Assembly: GCF_006345805.1 (NCBI RefSeq)
Contig: NC_043025.1
Span: 7,192,001 to 7,256,000, forward strand
Source: Octopus sinensis
Lineage: Eukaryota
Length of the DNA: 64,000 nt
Direction: 5' to 3'
Shown: positions 24,800 through 37,804 of the stretch, one piece after another
Layout: the number at the start of each line of letters is the position of its first letter
Numbering within the stretch: the first letter of the stretch is position 1
Notes under the pieces: generated by a model
Told to the model about the DNA's origin: nothing
What the model saw: only the letters and a program-made list of their open reading frames with translations
Database searches by the model: none
Made by a program: the position numbers and the translations under genes

Positions 24800-27700
24800 A
24801 TATAGGCAAGGAACACAGGTACAAGATTTTCTGGGCAGGGAACACTGACGGGGTTGGTGGCGTGGGTATACTTATCGCTGAGAAATGGATAGATAGAGTA
24901 ATTGAGGTAATCAGAGTAAGTGACAGAATACTTAAGATTAGAATAGTGCTTCATAATAGATTAGCAACCATTATATCGGCCTATGCCCCTCAGCCAGGGC
25001 TACCCGATGGACAGAAAGACAGTTTCTATGACACCCTACTGCAGACCACCTCGTTGACGAACGACAGGGACCTTCTCTTTGTGGCTGGTGATTTCAATGG
25101 GCATGTTGGACGACATGCTGGGGGCTTCCATGGCGTGCATGGAGGCTATGGTTATGGTTCCCGCAACGAGGAGGGAACCAGGCTGCTGGAGTTCTGCGAT
25201 GCGAATAGTCTTATGATCTGCAACACTAACTTCAGGAAACCAACAAGCCACCTGGTCACCTACCGATCGGGCCGGCATACTAGCCAAATCGACTACATCC
25301 TTGCCAGAAAAAGGGAAGATGGCTGCTTATAAATGCCAAAACCTTCCCAGGCGAAGAATGTACCCCACAACATAGACTGGTAGTTAGTGACTTTAGGATC
25401 AGGACTAAGAGGGCGACTAGAAGACGACCAACATGGAGAAGAAGGGTCTGGAAGCTTAAAGACCCTGCGAATGGACAGAGATTTAGAGATATGTTACTTG
25501 AAGCCTTTGACGAAGTGGAAGGGGGTATAGCTACACATGGGGTAGAAGACAACTGGACGTTTCTGAGGGACAACCTGCTGAAAGCCACTGACCAGATCTG
25601 TGGCTGGTGCAAAGTCCCCTTAAGACCCAAAATAACGTGGTGGTGGAACAATATTGTTGACAGGGCTATTAGACAAAAGAAACAGGCTTGGAAGGCCTGG
25701 AAGAATGGTGGTAGCAGGGAAGTGTATCAGACTGCCAGAAGGGAAGCTAGGAGACAGGTCTATCTAGCCAGAGGGGAAGCAGATAAAAGAAAGTTTGCCA
25801 ATGTCCTGCGCCGTGAGGATGAAAGACTTGAGGTATTTCGTGTTGCAAGACAGTGTGTGAGAGAGAATCGTGATGTGGTAGGAGAGAAATGTGTTCGCAT
25901 GGAGGATGGTTCACTTGCGCTAAATGAGGATGCGAAGAGAGAAGCTTGGAGACGCCACTATGAAAGGTTGCTGAATGAGGAAAATGAATGGGATAAAGAG
26001 AGTCTGCCGAATGTTGACCCAACAGAGGGACCAGCTATCCGAGTTGATAGTTCCGTGGTAGCTAAGGCAATTAGAAGCATGAAGACAGGGAAAGCCCCAG
26101 GCCCATCAGGAATTACTGCAGAGATGCTCAAAATATCTGGTAGTGTCGGCTATAGCATAGTCACCCGTATAGTTAACCAGGTGATACACGAAGGAGTCAT
26201 ACCCATGACTGGTGTAGCAGCATAATAGTCAACTGCTACAAAGGTAAAGGAGATGCCCTAGATACAAATAACTACAGGGGCATCAAGCTGTTGGATCAGG
26301 TAATGAAGGTTACGGAGAGGGTTATAGCCCAGTTAATTAGAGAGAGAGTTAGCTTAGATGATATGCAGTTTGGGTTCGTGCCAGGGAAAAGTACTACTGA
26401 TGCTATATTCCTGGTAAGACAGCTGCAGGAGAAATACCTAGCCAAAGGTAAGCCCTTGTACCTGGCTTTTGTTGACTTAGAGAAAGCCTTTGACAGGTCC
26501 CCCGATCCCTTATCTGGTGGTCAATGAGGAAACTAGGGATAGATGAATGGTTAGTGAGAGCTGTGCGAGCCATGTACAGAGACGCAGCTAGTAAGGTGAG
26601 GGTTGGCAACGAGTACAGTGAAGAATTCCGGGTAGAGGTTGGGGTCCACCAAGGTTCAGTCCTCAGCCCCCTCCTATTTATCATAGTCCTCCAGGCAATA
26701 ACGGAAGAATTTAAGACAGGATGCCCCTGGGAGCTCCTATATGCTGATGACCTTGCTCTAATTGCTGAGTCACTATCAGAACTGGAGGAGAAGTTTCAGG
26801 TGTGGAAACAAGGATTAGAGTCGAAGGGCCTTAGAATCAACCTAGCCAAAACCAAAGTCCTAATAAGTAGGAAGGTGGACCAACCACAAACGACTTCAGG
26901 TAGATGGCCCTGCTCGATCTGTAGAAAAGGTGTAGGTAGAAACTCTATAAGGTGCACCAAGTGTAAGCTATGGACACATAAGAGGTGCAGCAATGTCAAA
27001 GGTAGGCTAACTGGGAAGATAGTTTTCGTATGTGGCAGATGCTCAGGAGAAATAAACACTGGAAATGTGCAGAGACCAACTTCTACCACGTTCCAGGGAG
27101 ACAAACTAGAAGTAGTTGATAGCTTCCGCTACCTTGGAGACCAAGTTAGTAGCGGGGGTGGGTGTGCTGAAGTGTAACTGCTAGAGTAAGAATAGCCTGG
27201 GCAAAGTTTAGGGAGCTCTTACCCCTGCTGGTGACAAAAGGCCTCTCGCTCAGAGTAAAAGGCAGACTTTATGATGCATGTGTACGTACAGCCATGCTAC
27301 ATGGTAGTGAAACATGGGCCGTGACTGCTGAGGATATGCGTAAGCTCGCAAGAAATGAAGCCAGTATGCTCCGATGGATGTGTAATGTCAGTGTTCATAA
27401 TCGTCAGAGTGTAAGTACCTTGAGAGAAAAGTTGAACCTAAGAAGCGTCAGTTGTGGTGTGCAAGAGAGACGCCTGCGCTGGTATGGTCATATGACGAGA
27501 ATGGCTGAAGATAGTTGTGTGCAAAAGTGCTACACCCTAGCAGTTGAGGGAACCTGTGGAAGAGGTAGACCCAGGAAAACCTGGGACGAAGTGGTGAAGC
27601 ACGACCTACGAACTTTAGGTCTCACCAAGGAAATGACGAGAGACCGAGACCTATGGAAGTATGCTGTGCGTGAGAAGACCCGGCAAGACTAGTCAGGCCA

Positions 27701-28405
27701 TAACCCGTGGCCCCTACCTAGGACGTAGTCAGTCCACCTGTGCATACCTTCCTTCTTGTGACACTTGTGAAGACCGGTTGAGGCAAGTGAAAATCAAATC
27801 AAATCAAATCAAAATAGACAAAATAGATGAACATCAATGGAATTTGTATCCTTGTGGTACCAGTGCCGGTGGCACACAAGAATACCATCCGAACGTGGGC
27901 GTAGCCAGTACCGCACCGACTGGCCTCCATGCTGTGGGCACGTAACAATCACCATCCAATCGTGGCCGATCGCCAGCCTAATCTGGCTCCTGTGTCGGTG
28001 GCACATAAAAAAAAAAAAAAAAAAAACACCATCCGAGCGTGGTCGTCTGCTAGCCTTGTCTGGCACTTGTGTCGGTGGCACATAAAAACACCATCCGAGC
28101 GTGGCCGTTCGCCAGCCTCGTCTGGCACCTGTGTCGGTGGCACATAAAAACACCATCCGAGCGTGGTCGTCTGCCAGCCTTGTCTGGCACCTGTGTCGGT
28201 GGCACATAAAAAACACCATCCGAGCGTGGTCGTCTGCTAGCCTTGTCTGGCACCTGCGTAGGTGGCACATAAAAACACCATCCGAGCGTGGTCGTCTGCT
28301 AGCCTTGTCTGGCACCTGTGTCGGTGGCACATAAAAACACCAGTTGAACCGTCCAACCCATGCTAGCATGGAAAGCGGACGTTAAATGATGATGATGATG
28401 ATGAT
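24800..28405 (+). mobile_element. RTE-clade LINE (family A), 5'-truncated, frameshifted, with intact 3'UTR and (GAT)n tail
   Basis: AP-endonuclease motifs (SAYAPQ, GDFNGHVG, SQIDYIL) at 24862-25332. RT motifs (GKAPGPSGIT, QFGF, AFVDLEKAFDR, GVHQGSVLSPLLF, LLYADDL, FRYLG) are split over five ORFs to the stop at 27692. Ends ...gcggacgttaaatgatgatgat. Antisense in the last TEP intron. Confidence 0.95.
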
Positions 28406-29677
28406 ATATATATATACATAGTTTGTTTCATTGAAGATAGGTTCAATAACAAATTTCCCATCCAGTGAGAATATATCATTTAATATACACGTGGCTGTGT
28501 GGTAAGTAGCTTGCTAATCAACCATATGGTTCCGGGTTCAGTCCCACTGCGTGGCATCTTGGGCAAGTGTCTTCTGCTATAGCCCCGGGCCGACCAATGC
28601 CTTGTGAGTGGATTTGGTAGACGGAAACTGAAAGAAGCCTGTCGTATATATGTATATATATGTGTTTGTGTGTCTGTGTTTGTCCCCCTAGCATTGCTTG
28701 ACAACCGATGCTGGTGTGTTTACATCCCCGTCACTTAGCGGTTCGGCAAATGAGACTGATAGAATAAGTACTGGGCTTACAAAGAATAAGTCCCGGGGTC
28801 GATTTGCTCGACTAAAGGCGGTGCTCCAGCATGGCCGCAGTCAAATGACTGAAACAAGTAAAAGAGTAAGAGTAATTCACAAAAAAGCTACTACTGTAGA
28901 GATAGAATAATTTGGAAGATTTACATAATATGCCATGTATCTCCAAGCACTCTTTTCCACAGCTGAGTGAACTGGAGGAATGTGAAATAAAGTGTCTTGC
29001 TCAAGAACACAACAAACATCCTGGTCCAGGAATACATACATACATATATATATGGCAGAAACGTTAGCACACCGGGCAAAATGCGTAGCCGTATTTCGTC
29101 TGCCGTTACGTTCTGAGTTCAAATTCTGCCGAGGTCGACTTTGCCTTTCATCCTTTCGAGGTCGATAAATTAAGTACCAGTTACGCACTGGGGTTGATGT
29201 AATCGACTTAATCAGTTTGTCTGTCCTTGTTTGTCCCCTCTGTGTTTAGCCCCTTGTGGGTAATAAAGAAGTATATATATATATATATATATTCTGAGAC
29301 CCCCTTCGGTCACAACACAGATCATGGGATTCCACCTAGAAAGTTACCCTCCCAGGCACAAGTCCAGGCAAGATTGTTTATGGAAGACCAGAGGTCACCC
29401 GTGCATACCGGCCTCTTCTCTCCACACCACTGGTGTTATCCAAGGGAAAGGCAAAGGGGCCGATGCAGCTTGGCACCTGTGATGTCGCAACTCATTTCTA
29501 CAGCTGAGTGAACTGGAGCAACGTGAAATAAAGTGTCTTGCTCAAGAACACAGCACGCAGGCCAGTCCGGGATTCGAGCTCACAACCTCACGATCGTAAG
29601 TCCGACGCTCTAACTATTGAGCCACGCGCCTTCACATGAACAACAGGCATCACATTAAATAAATCTAACGTTTTAAG

Positions 29678-29718
29678 TTAGTTTGAACTGAAAACTGCTG
29701 AGCTGCTCATTACCATGT
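29678..29718 (-). CDS. Candidate alternative terminal exon of the CD109-like gene (no GPI signal)
   Basis: cag| acceptor preceded by a roughly 340-nt pyrimidine tract. Phase-1 compatible: (D)MVMSSSAVFSSN-TAA. No transcript evidence is available. Confidence 0.35.
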
Positions 29719-29720
29719 CT

Positions 29721-30060
29721 GAGGAGGAGGAGGCGGAGGACGAGGAGGAGAAGAAGGAAGAGGAAGGGAAGAAAGGGGAGGAGAAGGGGAAGGGAAGAAG
29801 AAGGAAGAGGAGGGGAAGGAGGACGAGGAGAAGAAGGAAGGAGGAGGACGAGGAGAAGAAGGAAGGAGGAGGACGAGGAGAAGAAGGAAGAGGAGGGGAA
29901 GAAGGAGGAGAAGAAAGAAGAGGAGTCGAAGGGGAAGGGAAGGAGGACGAGAAGGAAGAGGAGGGGAAGGAGGACAAGAAGGAAGAGGAGGGGAAGGAGG
30001 AGGAGGAGAAGAAGGGGAGGAGGAAGGGAAGAAGGGGAGGAGGAGGGGAAGAAGGAGGAG
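29721..30060. repeat. Polypurine (GAG/GAA/GGA) tract
   Basis: About 340 nt almost exclusively A/G on +. Confidence 0.95.
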
Positions 30061-30595
30061 TTACCCCCATTCCTTATTAGTCACATGTTAATCCAAGACT
30101 TATGATTTAGTCCACCATCACTCATTTACTATCCTTTACTCTGTTTTTAAAATCTTCATTTGCATTTGGAGCAGACTATAAGAATTTTGCTTCCCAAGGA
30201 CATGGCCCAGTCCCATGGAAACTGTATGGAAGCCTGTCATATCAATATATTATTGTCCCCTTGCCATTGTACAAGTGGTGTTTCATTTCCAGTCTTCCAT
30301 AAAAACATGTCTAGTCGTTGGGAAACGTTACCATGCTTGGAAATTGGTGAGGGTTGGTAAAAAGAAGGGCATGCGGCCATAGAAAACCCACCTCAATAAA
30401 GCTCCATCCGATCCATGCAAGCATGGAAAAGTGGATGTTAAAACAATGTTGATGGTGACTAATGAGTGAAGAAACAAGGATAAAGAATTGTCAGCATGCG
30501 ACCTAACAATCCACTCGGCATCGAGAAGGTAGGACTAACAACCACACAAGATTAACGAGTGACATGAATTAGTTGATTAATGACATAAGACATAC

Positions 30596-30701
30596 CTGGT
30601 TGATAATACATGACAACTTCAGCAACCTGGGGCTTTATTTTCTCCACATTATTTTCAAGGTCCATCTGCACGGGGATGCAAGTTTCTTTGTTGCTTGGTA
30701 A
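30596..30701 (-). CDS. CD109: CD109-like TEP exon, end of the receptor-binding domain
   Basis: cacattgtag| and |gtatgt; 106 nt, phase 0-1. LPSNKETCIPVQMDLENNVEKIKPQVAEVVMYYQP plus G matches TC......V...KP..V.V.DYY(E/Q)P. Confidence 0.9.
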
Positions 30702-30727
30702 CTACAATGTGATAGAAATAACAATAA

Positions 30728-31350
30728 AAAGGGCCAACACATGAAATTAGGTTAAAAAAACAACACAAATGAAATTAAGGGGTCATTGGTCGACACATTT
30801 GAAATTAAGGATCACTGGCCAATATGAAATTAGGAGTTGAAAATCAGCAAGTATGAAAATAGGGGTCAATAGGTAACAAGAAATTAGGGGTCTATAGCCA
30901 CTACAGTGATCCCTCGGTTATCGCGGTAGATTGGTTCCGAGACCGGCCGCGATAACTGAATTTCCGCGAAGTAGGGACAACATATTTACAGTATTTAACG
31001 TGTATTTGGACTTTTAAAACCCTCCCTGTACTGTTAACAACCCACCCATTACAGTAGTCTAATAAAAAGGACCAACGCATGAAATTAGGTTAAAAAACAA
31101 CACAAATGAAATTAAGGGGTCATTGGTCGACACATTTGAAATTAAGGATCACTGGCCAATATGAAATTAGGAGTCGAAAATCAGCAAGTATGAAAATAGG
31201 GGTCAATAGGTAACAAGAAATTAGGGGTCAATAGCCACTACAGTGATCCCTCGTTTATCGCGGTAGATTGGTTCCGAGGCCGGCCGCGATAACTGAATTT
31301 CTGCGAAGTAGGGACACCATATTTACAGTATTTATTTAACGTGTATTTGG
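30728..31350. repeat. Tandem duplication (~340 bp) containing a pogo-like TIR end
   Basis: catgaaattaggttaaaaaa...ctacagtgatccctcg.ttatcgcggtagattggttccg occurs twice, starting near 30728 and 31064. Confidence 0.75.
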
Positions 31351-31544
31351 ACTTTTAAAAAGCCCTCCCGCCACAGGTGAGCATCCCGTCCAGGTGGGGA
31401 ACCTATACGCCAAAGAAACCATGAAACTAGCCCTATGAGCCAGGCAGCTCGAAGTGTTAGTCTCTAATGATTGGTTATGCAACCAGTCATGTGATGTTGA
31501 AAAACTTCGTTGAGTCCAGCATTTGGATTGGTCTAATTTCACTC

Positions 31545-32219
31545 AAGATATGAAGTGTATATCCAAAGGTAAGAGAGTCCAGTTGTTGTAGAGCTGAAAA
31601 AGAGGCAATTTCTACTCTTCTCCTCTGGAAGACATCTGCTCGCAATACCAGAGGGCGCACACTCTCCTACCCTGATGTAATCTCCAGGGATACAGGCATC
31701 CAGCAACAGGACCTCCGTAATGCCATGATGGACTGTGAAGTCTGGCGTAACAGTAAATTCCATTGTCTCGACCACGATCGCAATACCAGAGGGTGCACAC
31801 TCTCCTACCCTGATGTAATCTCCAGGGATACAGGCATCCAGCAACAGGACCTCCGTAATGCCATGATGGACTGTGAAGTCTGGCGTAGCATGGTAAATTC
31901 CATTGTCTCGACCACGGTCGCAATACCAGGGGGCGCACACTCTCCTACCCTGATGTAATCTCCAGGGATACAGGCATCCAACAACAGGACCTCCGTAATG
32001 TCATGATGGACCGTGAAGTCTGGCGTAGCATGGTAAATTCCATTGTCTCGACCACGGTCGCAATACCAGAGGGCGCACACTCTCCTACCCTGATGTAATC
32101 TCCAGGGATACAGGCATCCAGCAACAGGACCTCCGTAATGCTATGATGGACCGTGAAGCCTGGTGTAGCATGGTAAATTCCATTGTCTCGACCACGGTCG
32201 AGCAATGATGATGATGATG
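31545..32219 (+). mobile_element. RTE-clade LINE family B 3' end, with four tandem 140-bp terminal units
   Basis: Encodes ...STLLLWKTSARNTRGRTLSYPDVISRDTGIQQQDLRNAMMDxEVWR (RTE C-terminus type). Units start at 31643, 31781, 31921 and 32061; ends gagcaatgatgatgatg. Confidence 0.85.
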
Positions 32220-32536
32220 TATATCGAATCTCGGCGCACAATAGACCACCAGATGCAGCAAATTAAAAAGGTTGGTTTGAGCCAATTTTTGTAAATAAAC
32301 AACAGCAGTTTTTTTTTCCCCATTTTATCAGAGGGGGAGAGTTTGTTTTCAGGAAGCCACGTCACATTATTTTCCTTCCCGTTGAAGCAGGGGGTAACCA
32401 ATTTCGACCGAGTTTGAATAACCATTATGAATGATTTTCCACTGTCCACATTTCTTCATAATGTATCAGTCTTGTCCATCGTCATCATTCAACATCTGCT
32501 TTCTATGCTGGCATGGGTTGGACGGTTTAGCTGGAC

Positions 32537-33105
32537 GGTGAGCTGGCAGAAACGTTAGCACACTGGGCGAAATGCTCAGTTCAAATTCCGCCGAGGTCGA
32601 CTTTGCCGTTCATCCTTTTGGGGTCGATAAATTGAGTACCAGTTACGCACTGGGGTCGATATAATCGACATAATCCGTTTGTCTGTCTTTGTTCGTCCTC
32701 TCTGTGTTTAGCCCCTTGTGGGTAGTAAAGAAATAGGTATTTCGTCTGTCGTTACGTTCTGAGTTCAAATACCGCCGAGGTCGACTTTGCCTTTCATCCT
32801 TTCGGGGTCGATAAATTAAGTACCAGTTACGCACTGGGGTCGATATAATCGACATAATCCCTTTGTCTGTCCTTGTTCATCCTCTCTGTGTTTAGCCCCT
32901 TGTGGGTAGTAAAGAAATAGGTATTTCGTCTGTCGTTACGTTGTGAGTTCAAATTCCGCCGAGGTCGACTTTGCCTTTCATCCTTTTGGGGTCGATAAAT
33001 TAAGTACCAGTTACGCACTGGGGTCGATATAATCGACATAATCCGTTTGTCTGTCTTTGTTTGTCCCCTCTGTGTTTAGCCCCTTGTGGGTAGTAAAGAA
33101 ATAGG
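32537..33105 (+). mobile_element. SINE family C trimer of 184-bp units
   Basis: Junctions at 32736/7 and 32920/1. Monomeric or partial copies lie near 15070-15310, 20140-20400, 29050-29270 and 62735-62965. Confidence 0.85.
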
Positions 33106-33697
33106 TTTAGCTGAAAACTAGTAAGCCGGGGCACAACACTGGGTTCCAAACTGATTTGGTGTGGTTTCTACAGCTGGGTGCCCTTCCTAATGCCAACCAC
33201 TCCAAGCACAGGTGTCATTGACATAACACCGGCCACAATTACAGTCTCACTTGGCTTGGCAGGTCTACACACGCTCGGTATATTGCCAAAGGTCTCAATT
33301 CTATTTAGCTGAAGAATAGTGTTACTGTCAACTCAAAGCTCATTTTTGGTATTATTTCCATCATTTTATAATGCAACTCATGAGGAATAAAGATTTGTAG
33401 TAAAAGCCCCAGAAGCAGGACCTTCAAGCTAAAAACCCTTCAATGTCTTCTGCTTTATCTTCAGGCCAACCAAAGACCTGTGAGTAGATTCCGTAGACAA
33501 AATCTAAAAAGAACCCCATTGTTCATATGCACCTGTGTGTATGTGCACGTGCAAGGATGAATGTGTGTGTGTGTGTGCATGTGTGTCTTTGTGTCTGTTT
33601 TGTACTTCCACCAGTGCTTGACATCAGGGGTTGATTTGTTCAGTTAAACCCTTCGAGGCATTGCCCCTGCATAGCCACAGTCCGATGATTGAAATAA

Positions 33698-34498
33698 TCT
33701 TTATATATAAAAGTGAGGTTGTGTGAGTGTCTGTCCCCTTCAATTTAGATTCCTAACTCCTCCCACATTTTGCGGTGCAGTTTAACCAAATTCGGGTATC
33801 TTATAGTCGTGATTCAGATCGAGCCCTTCTGGGTATTAGCGCGCGTCTACGATGAGTCTACGATTTTAAAAATAATTTACCATCATTTTTCCCCATTTTA
33901 ATGCATTTTTTCGCTATTATATAAGGGAAGTAATTCTCTAAAAATGTCTATGATGTGTCAACGATTTAAAAAAATTTACCATCTTTTTTTTCCATTTTTA
34001 ATGCATTTTTTTTGTTATTTTTTTGCTATAACTCTCTAAAAATGCTTATATAGTTATTTCCCTTACAAACCCAAGCAACGCCGGACAATACTGCTAGTCT
34101 TTATATATAAAAGTGAGGTTGTGTGCTGTCTGTCTCCTACGATTTAGATTCCTAACTACTCCCACATTTTGCGGTGCAGTTTAACCAAAACCGGGTATCT
34201 TATAGTCGTGATTCATATCGAGCCCTTCTGCATATTAGCGCGTGTCTACGATGAGTCTACGATTTTTAAAATAATTTACCATCATTTTTTCCCATTTTAA
34301 TGCATTTTTTCGCTATTATATAAGGGAAGTAACTCTCTAAAAATGTCTACGATGAGCCTACGATTTAAAAAAAAATTTACCATAATTTTTTTTCCATTTT
34401 TAATGCATTTATTTGCTATTTTTTGGCCATAACTCTCTAAAAATGCTTATATAGTTATTTCCCTTACAAACCCGAGCAACGCCGGGCGATACTGCTAG
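33698..34498 (+). mobile_element. Helitron-type head-to-tail dimer
   Basis: a|TC start at 33698, CTAG|TC junction at 34097/34098, CTAG|t end at 34498. Same family as 9897-11107. Confidence 0.87.
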
Positions 34499-34558
34499 TT
34501 AAAAGATAAAGTAGTAAAGAGGCTATAACAGGCTCAGAGAATAAGGAGGAATACATAC

Positions 34559-34706
34559 AGAATCCAGATAGACAACAAGTTTGTTGTCGTCCACTTCTGA
34601 CCTCTTTATTAACGGGTTGCTTGATTGATCCACTAAATTTGCAGTAAATCCAGACAGAGTGTTTATTGAAACTAATACCATTCCAGTATCATCTTTTCCT
34701 GTGTAC
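34559..34706 (-). CDS. CD109: CD109-like TEP exon, A2M receptor-binding domain
   Basis: ttgcaattacag| and |gtatgt; 148 nt, phase 2-0. YTGKDDTGMVLVSINTLSGFTANLVDQSSNPLIKRSEVDDNKLVVYLDS matches the A2M_recep pattern (S/T)GM....V.L.SGF....K(K/R).E.....L..YLDS. Confidence 0.92.
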
Positions 34707-36339
34707 CTGTAATTGCAAAGAGGCCAGGTTAAAATACAATCATGAAAGGGGTTGAATGTAAAAAAAAAAAAAAAAAAGAGAGAGAGATTTTACAGTATAT
34801 GTGATTATTAAGCAAAATCAAGAAAAATTCAAGAGTACAAAGGTATTTATTGGAAGCACTCCGTTGGTTACGACGACGAGGGTTCCGGTTGATCCGAATC
34901 AACGGAACAGCCTGCTCGTGAATTTAACGTGTAAGTGGCTGAGCACTCCACAGACACGTGTACCCTTAACGTAGTTCTCGGGGAGATTCAGCGTGACACA
35001 GAGAGTGACAAGGCCGGCCCCTTGAAATACAGGTACAACAGAAACAGGAAGTAAGAGTGAGAGAAAGTTGTGGTGAAAGAGTACAGCAGGGATCACCACC
35101 ATCCCCTGCCGGAGCCTCGTGGAGCTTTAGGTGTTTTCGCTCAATAAACACTTACAACGCCCGGTCTGGGAATCGAAACCACGAACCTATGACCGCGAGT
35201 CCGCTGCCCTAACCACTGGGCCATTGCGCCTCCACAAAGGTATTTATTAGGCAAATGCTTAAAAGGTAAAAAGGGGAGGATCTTGACATCTCAGATGCAA
35301 GTCTTTCATCAGAAAAATGGCCCTGGAGGAAAGGTGGTGGATGAGGGAGGAGTTTGGAAGAAAAGAAGGGGCATGGTGTTGCAAGCATATATAAAAGAGT
35401 ACCTGTGTACAGAGATGGGTATAGGACGAAGTATGCGAGTGGTGTGGGTTGCAGGTGGTTAGCTGGGGGTGAGTGGAGTAGTAAAAGAGAGAGCTGTGAA
35501 TGTGGCACAGGTGAGAGGAGAAATGAGGGGAAATAGTGAAAACAATCAGTGTAATAGGTGAGAAAGAAATACAGAAATATAGTCGCAGGTGTGGCTGTGT
35601 GGTAAGTAGCTTGCTAACCAACCACATGGTTCCGGGTTCAGTCCCACTGTGTGGCACCTTGGGCAAGTGTCTTCTACTATAGCCTCGGGCCGACCAAAGC
35701 CTTGTGAGTGGATTTGGTAGACGGAAACTGAAAGAAGCCCGTCGTATATATATATATATGCGTGTGTGTGTTTGTGTGAGTGTGTTTGTCCCCCCCAGCA
35801 TTGCTTGACAACTGATGCTGGTGTGTTTATGTCCCCGTCACTTAGCGGTTCGGCAAAAGAGACCGATAGAATAAGTACTGGGCTTACAAAAGAATAAGTC
35901 CCCGGGTCGAGCTGCTCGATTAAAGGCGGTGCTCCAGCATGGCCGCAGTCAAATGACTGAAACAAGTAAAAGAGTAAAAGAGAGTAAAATGGTGTTTTGG
36001 GGTAAATTTGCCAATTTTTTTAAAGTCTCCTTTCTGCAGGAAGAGCTTAATGTATTGGTGAAAAGTCAATGGCATTGGAGAGCATAAAGGTGATGAAGTA
36101 GAGAAACGGTTAGCTGATGTGGAGGACTGGAAGCCAGCTGAATATTGGTTTCAAATTTTGGCACAAGGCCAGCAATTTTGGTACAGAGTCTAAGTTGATA
36201 ATATCAAACCTCAGAGCACAACTGGTATTTGCTTTATCAATTCCAAAAGGATGAAAGGCATAGTCAGCCTTGGTGTAATTTGAACTTAGAATGAAAAGAT
36301 AGATGAGATGCCACTAAGCATTTTGCCCCGCATGGGAAT

Positions 36340-36725
36340 GTGTCTCCAAATTCACTGTCTTGCCGGTGGCACGTAAAAGCACGATCTGTTCGTGGCCGTT
36401 GCCAGCCTCGCCTGGCCCCCGTGCTGGTGGCACGTAGCACCATCCGTTCGTGGCCATTGCCAGCCTCGCCTGGCCCCCGTGCCGGTGGCACGGAAAAAGC
36501 ACCATCCGTCCGTGGCCGTTTGCCAGCCCCGTCTGGCACCTGCGCGGGTGGCACGTAAAAAGGACCCACTACACTCACGGAGTGGTTGGCGTGAGGAAGG
36601 GCATCCAGCCATAGAAAAACTGCCAGATCAGACTGGGCCTGATGCAGCCTTCTGGCTTCACAGACCCCAGTTGAACCGTCCAACCCATGCTAGCATGGAA
36701 AGCGGACGCTAAATGATGATGATGA
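36340..36725 (+). mobile_element. RTE family A 3' tail
   Basis: Same ggtggcacgtaaaaag / ggaagggcatccag / gcatggaaagcggacg(c)taaatgatgat tail. Further solo tails at about 42820-43050 (+), 21560-21770 (-), 5268-5845 (-, several pieces) and 61140-61310 (-). Confidence 0.85.
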
Positions 36726-36894
36726 GTCTTGTCAGGTATCAAAATGTTGACATCATGATTGTTGCTCAATGCTCTGTGAGCTTTGAAAAGGTCAATAAGA
36801 TATGACATAGATAACTGCAACAGAGACTACAAAGCCATGGTCAACAGGAAGAGAAACAGCAGGCATTCTTCTCTACATCTCTGGCAGGGTTTTA

Positions 36895-37065
36895 GCCTCA
36901 ATTCAGATGGCTATGTGAGGCTACCGGAGACTGTAGTCAAACCCTGGCTTGAGAGGGTTGCTCCTGGAAGATTATATGTGTGGCAGCAGGATTTGGCTCC
37001 AAGTCATATCTCCAGAAAGAGTCAGAAATGGTTTTCAAAGAATTTCTTCACCAGTCCTATGGATT
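36895..37065 (+). mobile_element. Tc1/mariner transposase fragment
   Basis: ORF 36783-37088 contains VVKPWLERVAPGRLYVWQQDLAPSHISRKSQKW, the second catalytic Asp region (QQD.AP.H). Confidence 0.8.
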
Positions 37066-37278
37066 TACAATTTGCTGGGTGCAATTGAAAAAGAAATCAA
37101 CTACTCTCCCTTCAATACCAAAGCATGATTATGATTGCGCTGTAAGATGTTTGGTTCCCAACCACATGGTTCCAGGTTCAGTCCCACTGTGTGGCACATA
37201 CTATAATCTTCAGCTGACCAAAGCCTTGTGAACGGATTTGGTAGATGGAAACTGAATGAAACCCACTGTGGGTTCATG

Positions 37279-37804
37279 CACCGTAAATCTTCGAGTATAA
37301 TCTGCCCTTGAGTATAATACACAGGTGGTTTTTAGAGGGCTGTACTTTTGAAAAACCCAAACCTTGTGTATAATACGCACCCCTTCTCTAACTTGAGTCA
37401 TGTGTACTTAAGCCAGCAGCACCTAGTCGAACAAACACTTCCATGCATGCGTAATACAATAACGGTGATGTTCTTAACTGTTATATGGGAATGTAAATAT
37501 GTTTGCAAATTGTTTTTGTTACATGCTATTCTGTGTTCTGAATACTTTTATTTTAATAAATGTTGCTTACTGCAAGTTATGGATGATTCTTTTATGACTT
37601 CATTGCTTTCAGGCTTAGCTTAAGGTATTTTCATGCCCGACATCACAAAATGCGTCTGAATAATCATTGCCTGACAGCAAATAGAGACTCGGACATTGCT
37701 TAGAAAATATTTTTCATTTTTAACCTCGTATATTGTACGCACTAGGGATTTTGGCCTTTAAATTTGGGGGGAAAAGTGCGGATTATACTCGAAGATTTAT
37801 GGTA
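37279..37804. mobile_element. pogo/Tigger-like MITE
   Basis: Terminal inverted repeats (c/t)accgtaaatcttcgagtataatc ... gattatactcgaagatttatggta; no coding content. Confidence 0.75.
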
